DNA of 50,208 bases from positions 3,720,001-3,770,208 of the forward strand of contig OZ287067.1 of assembly GCA_965645245.1 (NCBI GenBank), read 5' to 3'. The position numbers were made by a program, and so were the translations under genes. Below are positions 49,605-50,208 of the stretch, in pieces. Each line of letters opens with the position of its first letter. Position 1 is the first letter of the stretch. Under the pieces are notes generated by a model. The model was given only the letters and a program-made list of their open reading frames with translations. It was not told the DNA's origin and made no database searches. The stretch comes from Massalongia carnosa (Eukaryota).

Positions 49605-49733
49605 GAACAAGAATAAATTAAAGGGAGGAGTAGAGTAAAAGTAATGATAAGTTTAAAGGTAAGGATAAGGGTGAGAGTAAGGGTGAGGATAAGAGTAGGG
49701 GGTGAGAGTAAGGGTAAGGATAATAGTAGGGGG

Positions 49734-49907
49734 TTAGGGTTAGGGTTAGGGTTAGGGTTAGGGTTAGGGTTAGGGTTAGGGTTAGGGTTAGGGTTAGGGT
49801 TAGGGTTAGGGTTAGGGTTAGGGTTAGGGTTAGGGTTAGGGTTAGGGTTAGGGTTAGGGTTAGGGTTAGGGTTAGGGTTAGGGTTAGGGTTAGGGTTAGG
49901 GTTAGGG
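49734..49907 (+). repeat. (TTAGGG)29 telomeric repeat
   Basis: Perfect 174-bp hexamer array, G-rich strand on +, preceded by ~125 bp of degenerate purine-rich hexamers. Confidence 0.98.
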
Positions 49908-49959
49908 TCAGCGGGCTCTAGGACGCGACCCATACAGTGAACGGGAAAAAATCGCCTGG

Positions 49960-50208
49960 TCAATTGTAGTCGCTACCAAGGGTATTAGAGGGTTTGTTGA
50001 TCAAGTCCTCAACACTGAAGAGTACCTGAGCAGTTTTGGAGACTCCACAGTGCCTTATCAGCGCCGTCGCATACTGCCATCTCGCGCTGAAGGTGAGTTG
50101 CCATTTAACATCAAATCTCCGCGATACGAAGCTTACCACCGTGCCAAACTGGGTTTCCCCCAAATCATTTGGCAGGTCGAAGTACGCAGATTCCTTCCAC
50201 AAGAGCAA
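49960..50208 (-). CDS. Possible C-terminal end of an unknown gene running off the window
   Basis: Open for 82 codons from the window edge with globular-looking composition and no recognised motif. Confidence 0.35.
   Translation of the reverse strand: MLLWKESAYFDLPNDLGETQFGTVVSFVSRRFDVKWQLTFSARWQYATALIRHCGVSKTAQVLFSVEDLINKPSNTLGSDYN

Noticed and set aside
49547..49963. ORFs with (PN)n and (GL)n
   Set aside because: These are translations of the telomere repeat.

Overview
This is a eukaryotic window, almost certainly from a filamentous ascomycete, lying next to a (TTAGGG)29 tract. About 85% of it is nested transposable elements, whose boundaries I resolved from TG..CA termini and 5-bp target-site duplications (TSDs). 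Left to right: Gypsy/chromovirus A (64-~7750, +, decayed) is fused tail-to-tail to Copia B (minus). B carries a two-gene DD34E Tc1/mariner with ~215-bp TIRs. B's 5' LTR is split by 26 kb: Gypsy C (minus), which contains Copia D, which contains a very young Gypsy E, followed by Gypsy F, which shares C's target site. At least 9 solo LTRs are present. The distal 7.5 kb holds an HNH-nuclease pseudogene, two decayed copies of an unknown AT-hook-like gene with telomere-like upstream motifs, a degenerate-to-perfect telomere tract, and 300 bp beyond it with an ORF pointing back into the repeats. The most notable items are the two-gene Tc1/mariner, the shared C/F target site and the telomere junction. 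All calls come from reading the sequence by eye; no searches were run.
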